The notes beneath the pieces are model-generated. The model saw only the letters and a list, made by a program, of their open reading frames with translations, did not search any database and was not told the origin of the DNA. From Vulcanimicrobiota bacterium (lineage in GTDB: Bacteria; Vulcanimicrobiota; Vulcanimicrobiia; Vulcanimicrobiales; Vulcanimicrobiaceae): DNA of 64,000 bases. The translations under genes and the position numbers were made by a program. Positions 40,235 to 50,029 of this stretch are shown here, piece by piece. Within the stretch, counting starts at the first letter, position 1, and each line of letters opens with the position of its first letter. The stretch spans positions 640,001 to 704,000 of the forward strand of contig CAVZQC010000002.1 of the NCBI GenBank assembly GCA_963777315.1, given 5' to 3'.

Positions 40235-40477
40235 TCAAATCACGCGAATGACGCCCATCATCCCATTATCTTCGTGGAAAAGCATGTGGCAGTGATAAAC
40301 GAATTCGCCGCGCGGCACGTTTCGGAAGTCCAATACAATCCTCGTGCGGCTCGGTTGGATGAGCGGGAAATTTGGATCGCCGGGATTGGGCAGCATGCGC
40401 CCGGGGGGAATATTCACAGTGTCGAGCATAACGGGCACCGGCGTTTCCTCTTCAGCGGCGAAGGCCATCTGATGAAT
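40235..40477 (-). pseudogene. 3' fragment of a multicopper oxidase
   Basis: IHQ...LDTVNIP...FVYHCHMLFHEDNGMM; the upstream HxxHxH motif is cut and there is no 5' part. Confidence 0.85.
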
Positions 40478-40646
40478 GCGCGATCGCCGGAATTGCTCGG
40501 GCAGCACAAGGAGATCGAGCGCGAAGGAATTCCCGCGCGCGGCAAGGGGAAGAGACATCTTCTCCTTGCCTATCTTCGCGAACATCCCGAAGAACTGCGT
40601 CCGGTGTTGCGCAAAAGAAGCGCGCTGTAGAGGCGGCAGCGTGTCG

Positions 40647-42950
40647 CTAAGGCAGCATGGGGCGCACCGTTGTCCGGGTGCCATCGGTCGTCACGGTGAC
40701 GGCGGCGTTCTCGTCGGTTCGGTAGGTGTGAGCGCCGAAGCGCAAAAGCGTTTCGATGGTGGACGGCGCCGGATGGCCGAACATGTTGTGGCGGCCGACC
40801 GAAACGATCGCATACCGGGGATGCGCGGCAGCGATGAAAGCAGGGCTACTGCTGTACGCCGATCCGTGGTGTCCGACCTTGAGCACATCCGCATGCAGAT
40901 CGATTCCTTCGCTTAAAAACCGCTGCTCCGCGGCAACACCCGCATCGCCGGTGAAGAGCATCCGGAACTGCTTGTACTGCAGGACGAAGGCGATGGAATT
41001 ATCGTTGATGGTGTTGTTGCTTTCGATGAGCGGCAGCGACGGGCCGATGAACGTGAGCGTTACGCCATCATCTGTTCGCCACACCATTCCCGCGCGCGGA
41101 TAAACGATGGGAACGTGTTCGCCGAGCGCAGTCTGAATCGCATCGTTGTACGCGTAACCACCATATCGCTGCCCGCTATCCGCAAGTTCCGAAACGGAAA
41201 AGGCGCGCAAGACCGGGGCGATTCCGCCGGCATGGTCTCCGTGAGGATGCGAAAGCAGCACGGCGTCCAATCTGCGCACTCCGACGCGCCGCAGGAACGG
41301 CACGACGATTCGTTCGCCGACCAGTTCCGCACTCGATCCGGCAGCCGTGCCGCGTTCCAGCCGTCCCCCGGCGTCGACCAGCAGCGTATGGCCGGCCGGC
41401 GTTTGAATGACGATACCGTCCGCCTGCCCAACATCCAGCACGGTGATGCGCAGACTCGTGTCCACGTGGAGTGGCGGTGTCATGACGACGGCGAACGCTA
41501 ACGCCGCCGCGAGCAGCGCCGGCGTGCGGGCGCCGCGTTTCCAACACCACACCGCCATCACCAAGCCGCAGTCATAACAGGCGATCGTCCACGCCGGCGG
41601 CGGCGTAACGGCAAGGGCGGCGTGCGGCAGCGTTGCAATCGTGTGCACGACGGCGACGATCCAAGCCAACACCCAGCTATTGACGTTGGCGAGAAGCTGC
41701 GCTATCGGGGAAAGCCGGTACGCGAGCAACTGCAGTGCGGCCAGGATCATCGTGACGCCTACTGCCGGCACGACGAGAAGGTTTGCGAGCAGCGCGTACG
41801 ATGAGAACATGAGAAAAATCGAGGCGGTCAGCGGCCACGTTCCGATTTGCGTGGCCGCGGTCAGAACGAGAGCCTCCTTCACTCGCTCGGGAACCGCGAG
41901 CGATTCGAGCAGCGGGCCGATCTGGTCCGAGAGCAGCAAAATCGCGCCTACGCAAGAGAACGAAAGCGCGAAGGAAGCGCTGCCGACGCTCTCGGGGCGC
42001 CACATTGCCAGCGCCGCCATCGCGATACCGTACGCATTCCAAGAAAGAGGCCGCGCTCCGGCTGCATAGGCCGCTAAACCGAACGTCGTCATCAGGGCGG
42101 CGCGCGTTGCCGGCAAATGCAGACCACCGAAAGCCGCATATCCCCAAATTGCAGCAGTCGCCACCGCGCAGGCTGCGACGCGTGGTACGGTGAGTGCGCG
42201 CAGCAGCGCCATTACAACCAGCGCGACGATACCCAGATGCAGGCCGGCGGTCACGAGCACATGCACCGTTCCCGTTTCCTGAAACTCTGCGCGCAGATCG
42301 GGGGCCAAGGCGGCCCGTTCACCCCACAGTTCTCCCGCGACGATCGAAGCGTACGGTTCGGCAATGCGCGCGCGCAACTGCGCGAGCGTCCACTCGTGCA
42401 TGTGAGCCAACGCGATCGGGATCGTAAGGTTGGCCACGGGCAAAGTCGCCAACACGTGCGCGCCGCTCATGCGCGCATCCAGGCCGCGCTCGCGCTCGAT
42501 GCGGGCTTGATCCGGCTCGCCGGGGTTACGCGGTCCGTCGAACGGCTCGAGCCGCCCGCGAAGCAGCACGTGCGCGCCGACTGCCGGAGCGGTGCCCACT
42601 CCATTGACGGCAAGCGCCGGGCCGCGATCGCAAGCGCAGGTATATGCCGCAGCGCCATTGCCGGATTGCGCGAGATCGAGCACGGTGCATGCAACCCGCG
42701 CCGTATGCGCTCGCACTGCGGCGTATCCGGTCGGCAGGTGCTGCAGCGTTCCGCTGGTCGCGCCGGCTGCTAGGGCGAAAGCTGCAAACAGTCGAAATCG
42801 CTCCGGCTGCGCCCTGCGTATCATGCCGTCTGCGCAAAAGAACGCAATGGCAGCGAGCAGAAGGATGCGAACGGTGCCGTCAATCGGCTGGGTGAGCGCT
42901 GCACCGGCTGCAGCGGACAAGCCCACGACCAGCAGCGGGCGGCGTGCCAT
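40647..42950 (-). CDS. comEC: DNA uptake channel ComEC/Rec2
   Basis: RNPGE OB domain, HVLVTAGLH, FALSF, LDVGQAD, SHPHGDHAGG, KVGHHGS. Confidence 0.95.
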   Translation of the reverse strand: MARRPLLVVGLSAAAGAALTQPIDGTVRILLLAAIAFFCADGMIRRAQPERFRLFAAFALAAGATSGTLQHLPTGYAAVRAHTARVACTVLDLAQSGNGAAAYTCACDRGPALAVNGVGTAPAVGAHVLLRGRLEPFDGPRNPGEPDQARIERERGLDARMSGAHVLATLPVANLTIPIALAHMHEWTLAQLRARIAEPYASIVAGELWGERAALAPDLRAEFQETGTVHVLVTAGLHLGIVALVVMALLRALTVPRVAACAVATAAIWGYAAFGGLHLPATRAALMTTFGLAAYAAGARPLSWNAYGIAMAALAMWRPESVGSASFALSFSCVGAILLLSDQIGPLLESLAVPERVKEALVLTAATQIGTWPLTASIFLMFSSYALLANLLVVPAVGVTMILAALQLLAYRLSPIAQLLANVNSWVLAWIVAVVHTIATLPHAALAVTPPPAWTIACYDCGLVMAVWCWKRGARTPALLAAALAFAVVMTPPLHVDTSLRITVLDVGQADGIVIQTPAGHTLLVDAGGRLERGTAAGSSAELVGERIVVPFLRRVGVRRLDAVLLSHPHGDHAGGIAPVLRAFSVSELADSGQRYGGYAYNDAIQTALGEHVPIVYPRAGMVWRTDDGVTLTFIGPSLPLIESNNTINDNSIAFVLQYKQFRMLFTGDAGVAAEQRFLSEGIDLHADVLKVGHHGSAYSSSPAFIAAAHPRYAIVSVGRHNMFGHPAPSTIETLLRFGAHTYRTDENAAVTVTTDGTRTTVRPMLP

Positions 42951-42995
42951 CGCAAAACCCATCGCGACGGCGACGCGGTAAGTAAAGGGGAAGAC

Positions 42996-43928
42996 GTGCG
43001 GATTTTAGTTACCGGAGGCGCCGGGTTCATCGGTTCCCACGTGGTGGATGCGTACCTATCGAGCGGCCACGAGGTGTTGGTGGTCGATTCGCTGTGGGAG
43101 CACGGCGGCGGCCGCCGCGAAAACGTCCCCGCGAGCGCGAGCTTTACCCAGATGGACGTGAGAGATTCGGACCTCTCACATGTTTTCGAAAAATTCGAGC
43201 CGGAAATCGTCAATCATCATGCCGCGCAGCACAGCGTCGCCATCAGCTCGCGCGATCCGCGTTATGATGCGGACGTCAACGTCATGGGATTGCTCAACGT
43301 GCTGGACAATTGCGTCAAGAGCGGCGTGCGCAAGGTGCTGTTCGCATCGAGCGGCGCCACCTTCGGAACGCCGGATCGCCTGCCGATGGACGAACGCACG
43401 CCGCAGCACCCCGAGTCTCCATACGGCATCACCAAGATGGTGTCCGAACACTATTTACGGTTTTACAATGCCGAGCACGGCCTGGACTATACGGCGCTTC
43501 GCTACGGCAACGTATACGGTCCGCGTCAGGATCCCAACGGCGAAGCGGGCGTCATCGCGATTTTCATCGGCAAGTTCCTGGCAAGACAAGGCGTGCGAAT
43601 CGATTGGGACGGCGAACAGACGCGCGATTACGTGTACGTCAAGGACGTTGCGCGAGCCAACGTGCTCGCGCTCGATCGCGGTTCGACGGGGCGATACTGC
43701 ATCGGCACCAACCGGCGCACCAGCGTGAACGAACTCTACCGCGCGCTGGTCGAAATCAGCGGCTTTGCAGCGCCGGTTACGCACGCACCCCGAAGGCCGG
43801 GCGACGCGCGCGACGCACAATTCGATCCCGCGCTCGCAAAGGCCGAACTTGGCTGGCGGCCCGCCACGCAGCTCATCGACGGAATGCGCGAAACCTTCGA
43901 GTACTTCAAGACCGCTCTGCCGGCGTGA
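42996..43928 (+). CDS. NAD-dependent epimerase/dehydratase (UDP-glucose 4-epimerase-like)
   Basis: TGGAGFIGSH, YGITK, RYGNVYGPRQ. Confidence 0.93.
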   Translation: MRILVTGGAGFIGSHVVDAYLSSGHEVLVVDSLWEHGGGRRENVPASASFTQMDVRDSDLSHVFEKFEPEIVNHHAAQHSVAISSRDPRYDADVNVMGLLNVLDNCVKSGVRKVLFASSGATFGTPDRLPMDERTPQHPESPYGITKMVSEHYLRFYNAEHGLDYTALRYGNVYGPRQDPNGEAGVIAIFIGKFLARQGVRIDWDGEQTRDYVYVKDVARANVLALDRGSTGRYCIGTNRRTSVNELYRALVEISGFAAPVTHAPRRPGDARDAQFDPALAKAELGWRPATQLIDGMRETFEYFKTALPA

Positions 43929-45004
43929 GAAACGTTCCGCCGCCCTGGCTCGTACGCGCGATCACGCGCTGCGCCGACGTACTGGCGAAGCTGCGCCGCC
44001 GTCTGCTGCCTGCGCCGTTCGCGGCTCTGGAACTCGGCACGATGTCGTGGGTTTCGCTGGCCGTTGCCGCGTTCTGCGAACTCGGCTTGCCCGATGCGCT
44101 CGCGGACGGCGCATACACGCCCGATGAACTCGCGGACAAAGGCTTTGGCGAGCAAGCGCGACTTTTCCGTCTGCTGCGCGCACTCGCGGGCTACGGCGTG
44201 GTGCGCTATGCCGGCAAGGGCCGCTTCACGCTGGGCTACGCCGGTTTGGGGCTCGTCGGAGACAACTCCATGGGCGCGATGATCCGGTATGCAAACGCCC
44301 CGTGGCACCTGCAGGCGTACACGCAACTCGCGCAAGCGGTCCGTACGCAGCGCTCCGGATTCGAGTTAAGCCAAGGTAAGTCGATGTTCGAATACCTTAC
44401 GAGCGACCAGAGCGCAGGCGTGACCTTCGATGCGGCCATGCAGTCGCTCACGAGCCTGTACGCGCCCGCGCTTGCGCAAGCGTATGATTTCTCGCGATTC
44501 GCGCGTATCGTCGATATCGGCGGCGGCAGCGGAAGCGTGCTTGCGACGATCTTGGGGCGCTTCCGGCGAGTGCGCGGAACGCTTTTCGAACTTCCGGCCG
44601 TCGCGCAACGCGCGCGCGAGCGCGGGATGAGCGAACGAATCGACGTCGTGGAAGGCGACATCCGCGTCGACGTACCGCCGCCTGCGGATGCGTACATCCT
44701 CAGCCACGTGCTGCATGACTGGGACGACGACTCGTGCGTGCGCATGCTGCAGAACGTGCGGCGGGCGCTTGGAGCGGCCGCGCGCGTCTTGGTGTTTGAG
44801 ATTGTCGCGCCGCCGCCCAATAACTCGTGGTCGCAGGACCGCATCACCGACTTGGAAATGCTCGCCATGCTGTCGGGAAGAGAGAGAACGCGCGAAGATT
44901 TTGCAGCGCTGTTTGCACGCGCAGGGTTGTGGCTGCGGCGAATCGTCCCTACGTCCGCGCCGGAATCGATTCTGGAAGGCGTTCCGACGGCCGGTTCAGG
45001 CTGA
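43925..45004 (+). CDS. SAM-dependent O-methyltransferase (dimerisation + Methyltransf_2)
   Basis: GTGA overlap; VDIGGGSG, EGD, SHVLHDWDD, GRERT. Confidence 0.92.
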   Translation: MRNVPPPWLVRAITRCADVLAKLRRRLLPAPFAALELGTMSWVSLAVAAFCELGLPDALADGAYTPDELADKGFGEQARLFRLLRALAGYGVVRYAGKGRFTLGYAGLGLVGDNSMGAMIRYANAPWHLQAYTQLAQAVRTQRSGFELSQGKSMFEYLTSDQSAGVTFDAAMQSLTSLYAPALAQAYDFSRFARIVDIGGGSGSVLATILGRFRRVRGTLFELPAVAQRARERGMSERIDVVEGDIRVDVPPPADAYILSHVLHDWDDDSCVRMLQNVRRALGAAARVLVFEIVAPPPNNSWSQDRITDLEMLAMLSGRERTREDFAALFARAGLWLRRIVPTSAPESILEGVPTAGSG

Positions 45005-47467
45005 AACCACCAAGTTGAGCAGCTTATCCGGGACGTAAATACGTTTGCGTACTTGCTTGCCGTCGAGATGCGCCCGCACGCCGGGCTGCTCGAGCGCCAG
45101 CGAGAACGCGCGTTCCTCGTCGAGCCCCGGCGAGACCTGAAGGCGCGCTCGAACCTTACCGTTGATTTGCACCACGAGCGTAATCTCGTCCAGTGCCAGC
45201 GCGCCTTCGTCGGGTTCCAGGAATGGCTCTCGATGTATCGACTGCGAGTGCCCCAGCCGCTCCCAGAGTTCATCGGCGATGTGCGGGGCAAAGGGCGCCA
45301 TTACCAGCGGTAACGCATGAACTGCGTACAGGACGACTCTAGAATCCGGATCCGTTTGCAGCAAGGCGGTGAGCGCGTTGACGTACTCGTCGAGTTTGGC
45401 AATGGTCGTATTGTAATGAAAGCGGCGCGAAAGGGTTTCGTCGATTGCGGATTTGGCCGCCACGTGCACGGCGCGCAGCAAATCCTTTTCCCGCTGCGAT
45501 TGCGAGGCCGGCATTGCACGAACGTCGACGGCGCCGGCGCGCTGCGCCAGCGGAGCGCACGCGCGCCACACGCGATTGAGAAAACGGACGCGGCCCGATA
45601 TGCCCGCCTCGGTCCAGTCGCTGGTGTCTTCGGGCGGCGTGACGTACAGCAGGAACAATCGCATCGCGTCGACGCCGTTGCGTTCGGCCGTCTGATCGAT
45701 GCCGACGACGTTGCCGCGCGATTTGCTCATCTTCTCGCCGTGATAGAGCAGCATGCCCTGATGGAACAAGCGCGCGAACGGCTCGTTCGAGCCGGTCACC
45801 CAGCCGCGATCGTGAAAAAACTTGTAAAAAAAACGCGAGTAGAGCAAGTGCAGCACGGCATGCTCGGCTCCGCCGATGTACTGGTCGACGCTCATCCAGT
45901 ACTGCGCGCTGCGAAGTTCCCAGGGCTCACGGTCATTCCGAGGATCCAGATAGCGCAGATAATACCACGACGATTCGAAGAAGGTGTCCATCGTATCGCT
46001 CTCGCGTTTGGCCGGGCCGGCGCACTTCGGACACGCAGCGTTGAGAAACTCGGCATCGCGCGCGAGCGGCGAACCTTCGCCCGTGATAGGAACGTTCGCC
46101 GGAAGCACTACGGGCAGATCGCCGTCCGGCACGGCGACTTCGCCGCACCGCTCGCAATACACGATCGGAATCGGCGTTCCCCAATACCGCTGGCGTGAGA
46201 CCAGCCAGTCGCGCAGGCGGAAGTGAACTTGTCGTTCGGCAATGCCGAACGACGCTAGCCGGTCGGTCATCGCGGTGCGCGCTCGCGCGCTGGACATGCC
46301 GGTGAAGTCACCGCTGGCAATCAGCCTGCCGTCCTCGACGAACGCTTGCGCAAGCGGGATTTGCAGCGTACCGGCCGGATCGGTCACCACCTGCGCTATA
46401 GGCAGTCCGTGCTTGCGGGCAAATTCGAAATCACGCTCGTCGTGCGCCGGCACGCCCATCACCGCGCCCGTGCCGTATTCGGCCAGCACGTAGTTGGTGA
46501 CCCAAATCGGCACCCGTTCGTGGGACAGCGGATTGACGGCGTAGGCGCCGGTGAAGACGCCTTGCTTTTCCAGCAAACTGGTGCGTTCGAGTTCCGACTT
46601 GGCTTTCACGTTTTCGGCGAACTCCGCGACGGCCGCCGCGTGTCGTTTGGCGACGATCTCCTGCACGATCGGATGCTCGGGCGCGACGGCTAGATACGTT
46701 GCGCCGAACAGCGTGTCGATGCGGGTCGTAAAGACTTCGATGCGCGCGCCGGAGTTTTCGACTCCAAACGAAAACTGCGTGCCGGCGCTTCGTCCGATCC
46801 AATTGCGCTGCATCGTGCGGGTGCGTTCGGGCCAGCCGCCGAGCTCGTCGAGGTCGTTCAGCAACCGATCGGCGTAGGCGGTGATCTTCAGGAACCACTG
46901 GGAAAGGTTGCGCCGCTCGACCAGGTGATCGCAGCGCCAGCATCGTCCGTCGATCACTTGTTCGTTGGCGAGAACGGTGCGATCGTTGGGGCACCAGTTG
47001 ACGGGCGCCTCGCGTTTGTACGCCAAACCGTTTTCATAGAGGCGCAAAAACAGCCACTGGTTCCAGCGATAGTATTGCGGGTCGCACGTCGCGATCTCGC
47101 GGCTCCAATCGTAGCCGGTCCCCATCAGGCGCACTTGCCGCTGCATGTTGGCAATGTTCTCTCGCGTCCAGACGTTGGGGTCCGCGCCGCGCTGAATGGC
47201 GGCGTTTTCGGCCGGCAACCCGAACGCATCCCAGCCCATGGGATGCAGTACGTTGTAACCCAGCATGCGCATCATGCGCGCCACGGCATCCCCGAACGTA
47301 TAGTTTTTGGCGTGTCCCACGTGCAAGTCGCCCGAAGGATACGGCAGCATCTCGAGCACGTAATATTTCGTACGCGCCGAATCTTCGCGGGCGCGGTACA
47401 CGCCCGTAGCTTCCCAGCGCTCTTGCCATTTCCGTTCGATCGCGCGGTAGTCGTAGACTTCGGGCAT
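44996..47467 (-). CDS. leuS: Leucine--tRNA ligase
   Basis: PYPSGDLHVGH, YGTGAVMGVPAHD, KMSKS. Confidence 0.98.
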   Translation of the reverse strand: MPEVYDYRAIERKWQERWEATGVYRAREDSARTKYYVLEMLPYPSGDLHVGHAKNYTFGDAVARMMRMLGYNVLHPMGWDAFGLPAENAAIQRGADPNVWTRENIANMQRQVRLMGTGYDWSREIATCDPQYYRWNQWLFLRLYENGLAYKREAPVNWCPNDRTVLANEQVIDGRCWRCDHLVERRNLSQWFLKITAYADRLLNDLDELGGWPERTRTMQRNWIGRSAGTQFSFGVENSGARIEVFTTRIDTLFGATYLAVAPEHPIVQEIVAKRHAAAVAEFAENVKAKSELERTSLLEKQGVFTGAYAVNPLSHERVPIWVTNYVLAEYGTGAVMGVPAHDERDFEFARKHGLPIAQVVTDPAGTLQIPLAQAFVEDGRLIASGDFTGMSSARARTAMTDRLASFGIAERQVHFRLRDWLVSRQRYWGTPIPIVYCERCGEVAVPDGDLPVVLPANVPITGEGSPLARDAEFLNAACPKCAGPAKRESDTMDTFFESSWYYLRYLDPRNDREPWELRSAQYWMSVDQYIGGAEHAVLHLLYSRFFYKFFHDRGWVTGSNEPFARLFHQGMLLYHGEKMSKSRGNVVGIDQTAERNGVDAMRLFLLYVTPPEDTSDWTEAGISGRVRFLNRVWRACAPLAQRAGAVDVRAMPASQSQREKDLLRAVHVAAKSAIDETLSRRFHYNTTIAKLDEYVNALTALLQTDPDSRVVLYAVHALPLVMAPFAPHIADELWERLGHSQSIHREPFLEPDEGALALDEITLVVQINGKVRARLQVSPGLDEERAFSLALEQPGVRAHLDGKQVRKRIYVPDKLLNLVVSA

Positions 47468-47536
47468 GCAAGGGTGTTATCGAGAGCGGGACCCGGCGCC
47501 CTTTCGCAGCCTTCGCTCGCGCGTGAAAAATCAGGC

Positions 47537-48157
47537 ATGAACCGCATATTTCTGCTCGGCGCCGCTGCGCTGGTGGTAGCGCTTGCATTTTGGCATCCGG
47601 CCGCGCCCCCTGCGCCGGTAGCGGTCGTTGCAGCGCAGACCGCCCGATTCCATGGTTCAGCGCCAAAACGCCGCCGTGGTGCCATTTCGAGCCAAAGCGT
47701 GGTGGTCTACGTCGCAGGCGCGGTCGAACGTCCCGGACTGTATACGCTCGCTTCCAGCGCGCGCGTAAACGATGCCGTCGCGCGCGCGGGCGGTTTGCGT
47801 TCGGATGCGGATGCCGACGCGATCGATCTGGCCGAACACGTCACCGACGGCGAAGAGATCCGCGCGCTGCGCATCGGCGAGCCGGCGCCCCGGGCCGCGC
47901 ACCGTCACACCGCCCGGCGTCGTCCCTCACGCAAAGCTCGCGTACCGGTGGGCGTTATCGACGTCAATACCGCCGATGCGTCGGCGCTGACCGCGCTTCC
48001 GGGCGTCGGCACGACGTTGGCAGAACGCATCGTCGAATACCGCCGCGTCAACGGCCCGTTTGCCTCACTGGACGAACTCGCCGACGTTGCAGGCATGACG
48101 CAGCGCCGCATCGACGCGATCGCGCCGTATCTTGCGCTGCATGATGCCTCGCAGTGA
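47537..48157 (+). CDS. comEA: ComEA family DNA-binding protein (SLBB + HhH)
   Basis: TM anchor, VYVAGAVERPGLY, IDVNTA, LPGVG, RIVEYR. Confidence 0.93.
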   Translation: MNRIFLLGAAALVVALAFWHPAAPPAPVAVVAAQTARFHGSAPKRRRGAISSQSVVVYVAGAVERPGLYTLASSARVNDAVARAGGLRSDADADAIDLAEHVTDGEEIRALRIGEPAPRAAHRHTARRRPSRKARVPVGVIDVNTADASALTALPGVGTTLAERIVEYRRVNGPFASLDELADVAGMTQRRIDAIAPYLALHDASQ

Positions 48158-48175
48158 GGCGCGAACCCCGCGAAA

Positions 48176-49981
48176 ATGACAGGGGATGCTGCAGTCTCCC
48201 CGCCGGAAACGCTTCCCGCGCTCATCCGCCGTTCGCTCGCGCCCGAGCGCGACGCAGTGCTCATCGAACGGCTCCACGGTCAGTGGTCGCCGACTTCCAG
48301 CGGTCGGTTGCTCACGCGCGTCACGCATTTGGCGTGCGCCATTCGAGACGCGGGTCTGCAGAGCGGCGATCGCGTTGCCCTAATCGCCGCAGATTGCGTG
48401 GATTGGATCGTTGCCGATTTCGCGACCCTTTTCGCCGGCTGTGTGATCGTCCCGATTTTTCCGACGCAGGCGCCGGATCAAATCGCCTACATGCTGCGGG
48501 ATTCGCAAGCCAAGTTGATTTTCGCGGACACCGTTCAGGCCGAGCAGCGCCTTCGCGCTTTGCCCGTCGCCCTGCCGCAACTAGTCGTGTTCGCAAGCAC
48601 GCAAGCCGATTCGCTGGCCGCTTTTGAATCGCGCGGCGCGGAAGCGCACCAAGCGCATCCGGACTGGACGCGCACGTTCGAAGACGAAATCGAACCGCAA
48701 AATATGGCCGTGCTGATCTACACCTCGGGCACAACCGGCGAACCCAAAGGGGTGATGCTGTCGCATCGCAACGTCGGCTTTACTGCGCAGTCGTCGTTCA
48801 GCCACGCCTTCAGCGTGCTGACCCCCGGCAGCGACGTGCTGTCCGTGCTGCCGTTTTCGCACATCTACGAACACTGCATCCTCTACGGCTATCTGCTGGC
48901 CGGCGTTCATCATTACATTTGCCGCAGCGTGGAAGAGCTGCTCGCCGATCTGCAGTCGGTTCGTCCGGTGGCGATGACGGCGGTTCCGCGCATTTTCGAG
49001 CGCATGCTGGCCGGAGTGACGGCGAAAGCGAAAGTGCACGGGGGCCTGGCGGCAAAGCTGGTGCCGTGGGCGCTGGCGGTGGGACGCGATTACATGGCCG
49101 CAAAGACCCGGGGAACGCGGCCCGGCATTGCATTGGAGCTGCGCTACGCAGCAGCGAACGCGCTGGTGCTCAAGAAACTGCGTCCTCGGTTGGGACTGGA
49201 TCGCGTCAAGTTCCTGGTGAGCGGATCGGCGCCGCTGCACTTCGATACGGCGATGACTATGCTTGCGGCCGGCGTGCCCATCATCGAAGGCTACGGGCCC
49301 ACCGAATGTTCGCCGGTCATCACGGTAAACACGTACGACGACAATCGATACGGCACCGTCGGGCGCCCGATACCGGGCGTCGAAATCAAGCTCGCGCAAG
49401 ACGGCGAGATCCTCGCGCGTGGCCCCAACGTGATGCTGGGATATTACGGCAATCCGGCGGCTACGGCGCAAGCGATCGAAGACGGCTGGTATCACACCGG
49501 CGACGTCGGAAGTATCGACTCCGATGGGTTCCTTCGCATAACGGATCGCAAAAAGGAGCTGTTCAAAACGTCCGGCGGAAAGTTCGTAGCGCCCTCCCGC
49601 GTGGAAGCCGCGATCAAACGATCCGTGTACGTCAATCAAGTCATGGTCGTGGGCGATTCCCGTCCGCACCCAACCGCGCTGGTTTCACCCAACTGGGAAC
49701 TGGTTCGTTCGGAATTAGCGATAGAGCCGTCGGTTTCGGCGCAAGATTTGGCCGGCAGGCAAGACGTGATCGATTTTCTGACCGCGCAGGTTCACAAGAA
49801 TACCGCCGATTTGGCAAAGTTCGAGCAGGTGCGCAAGATCGCGGTGCTGCCGGTGGACCTGTCCATTGAAGAAGGCGATCTTTCCCCGACGCTCAAGGTA
49901 AAACGGCGCGTCGTCGAAGACAAGTACGCGCACGAAATAGAGCGTCTGTACGCGCATCCCGCGCATCGCGCCGCCGTGTAG
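48176..49981 (+). CDS. fadD: Long-chain fatty acid--CoA ligase
   Basis: YTSGTTGEPKG, EGYGPTE, YHTGD, ITDRKKE. Confidence 0.93.
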   Translation: MTGDAAVSPPETLPALIRRSLAPERDAVLIERLHGQWSPTSSGRLLTRVTHLACAIRDAGLQSGDRVALIAADCVDWIVADFATLFAGCVIVPIFPTQAPDQIAYMLRDSQAKLIFADTVQAEQRLRALPVALPQLVVFASTQADSLAAFESRGAEAHQAHPDWTRTFEDEIEPQNMAVLIYTSGTTGEPKGVMLSHRNVGFTAQSSFSHAFSVLTPGSDVLSVLPFSHIYEHCILYGYLLAGVHHYICRSVEELLADLQSVRPVAMTAVPRIFERMLAGVTAKAKVHGGLAAKLVPWALAVGRDYMAAKTRGTRPGIALELRYAAANALVLKKLRPRLGLDRVKFLVSGSAPLHFDTAMTMLAAGVPIIEGYGPTECSPVITVNTYDDNRYGTVGRPIPGVEIKLAQDGEILARGPNVMLGYYGNPAATAQAIEDGWYHTGDVGSIDSDGFLRITDRKKELFKTSGGKFVAPSRVEAAIKRSVYVNQVMVVGDSRPHPTALVSPNWELVRSELAIEPSVSAQDLAGRQDVIDFLTAQVHKNTADLAKFEQVRKIAVLPVDLSIEEGDLSPTLKVKRRVVEDKYAHEIERLYAHPAHRAAV

Positions 49982-50029
49982 CCTGTTACAAAAGCAGGGC
50001 CGCCGCGCGCTTCGCGGCAATACCGTTTT

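Noticed and set aside
33613..40969. Prophage, ICE, IS or integron
   Set aside because: No integrase, transposase, phage genes, terminal inverted repeats or attC-like repeats seen.
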